Of a stretch of DNA of 64,000 bases, positions 63,971 to 64,000 are shown piece by piece; positions within the stretch are counted from its first letter, which is position 1; every line of letters begins with the position of its first letter. This DNA comes from a virus: the IMG/VR virus record IMGVR_UViG_3300034105_002232, one strand, 5' to 3'. The notes beneath the pieces are model-generated. The model did not search any database and had not been told where the DNA came from. It saw only the letters and a program-made list of their open reading frames with translations. A program made the position numbers and the translations under genes.

Positions 63971-64000
63971 GTGTGTTATTTATAAAGCCAAGAAAGGGCA

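Noticed and set aside
1-64000. Bacterial chromosome origin, suggested by clpA, clpP, infA, pstS and ssrA
   Set aside because: These genes are interspersed with virion, lysis and T4-like clamp-loader genes and late promoters, and lack their usual operon partners (for example pstCAB, clpX, groEL).

Overview
This 64-kb window is part of a large (jumbo-type) tailed dsDNA phage genome. It uses the standard genetic code, and most genes lie on the minus strand. Two promoter classes recur: T4-like late motifs (TAAATA) and consensus sigma70 promoters. Virion and lysis genes include baseplate and tail-fibre genes and a GH19 endolysin/spanin cassette. Replication genes include a clamp loader, a stand-alone DnaE fragment, an ATP-dependent ligase and a MazG-like enzyme. 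Host-like proteostasis and expression genes include ClpA, ClpP, DnaJ, GroES, IF-1, an aminoacyl-tRNA-protein-transferase-like gene and an RpoZ-like ORF missed by the ORF track. There are 12 conventional tRNA genes, two non-canonical UAU-anticodon tRNA-like RNAs, and a circularly permuted tmRNA with a 33-codon tag. Many tailoring enzymes are present: four radical SAMs, TauD/2OG oxygenases, and methyl-, acetyl- and glycosyltransferases. Highlights: (1) a Pho-box-controlled pstS-porin-plcP-like-GT2 module, possibly for phage-driven membrane lipid remodelling; (2) an unannotated 24-aa PqqA precursor gene; (3) a tandem array of about 7 paralogous small ORFs with conserved DNA blocks and variable in-frame segments; (4) recurrent RBS-sequestering hairpins containing promoters. 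PqqA and PstS suggest a betaproteobacterial host (inference). All assignments come from motifs recognised by eye; no database search was run.
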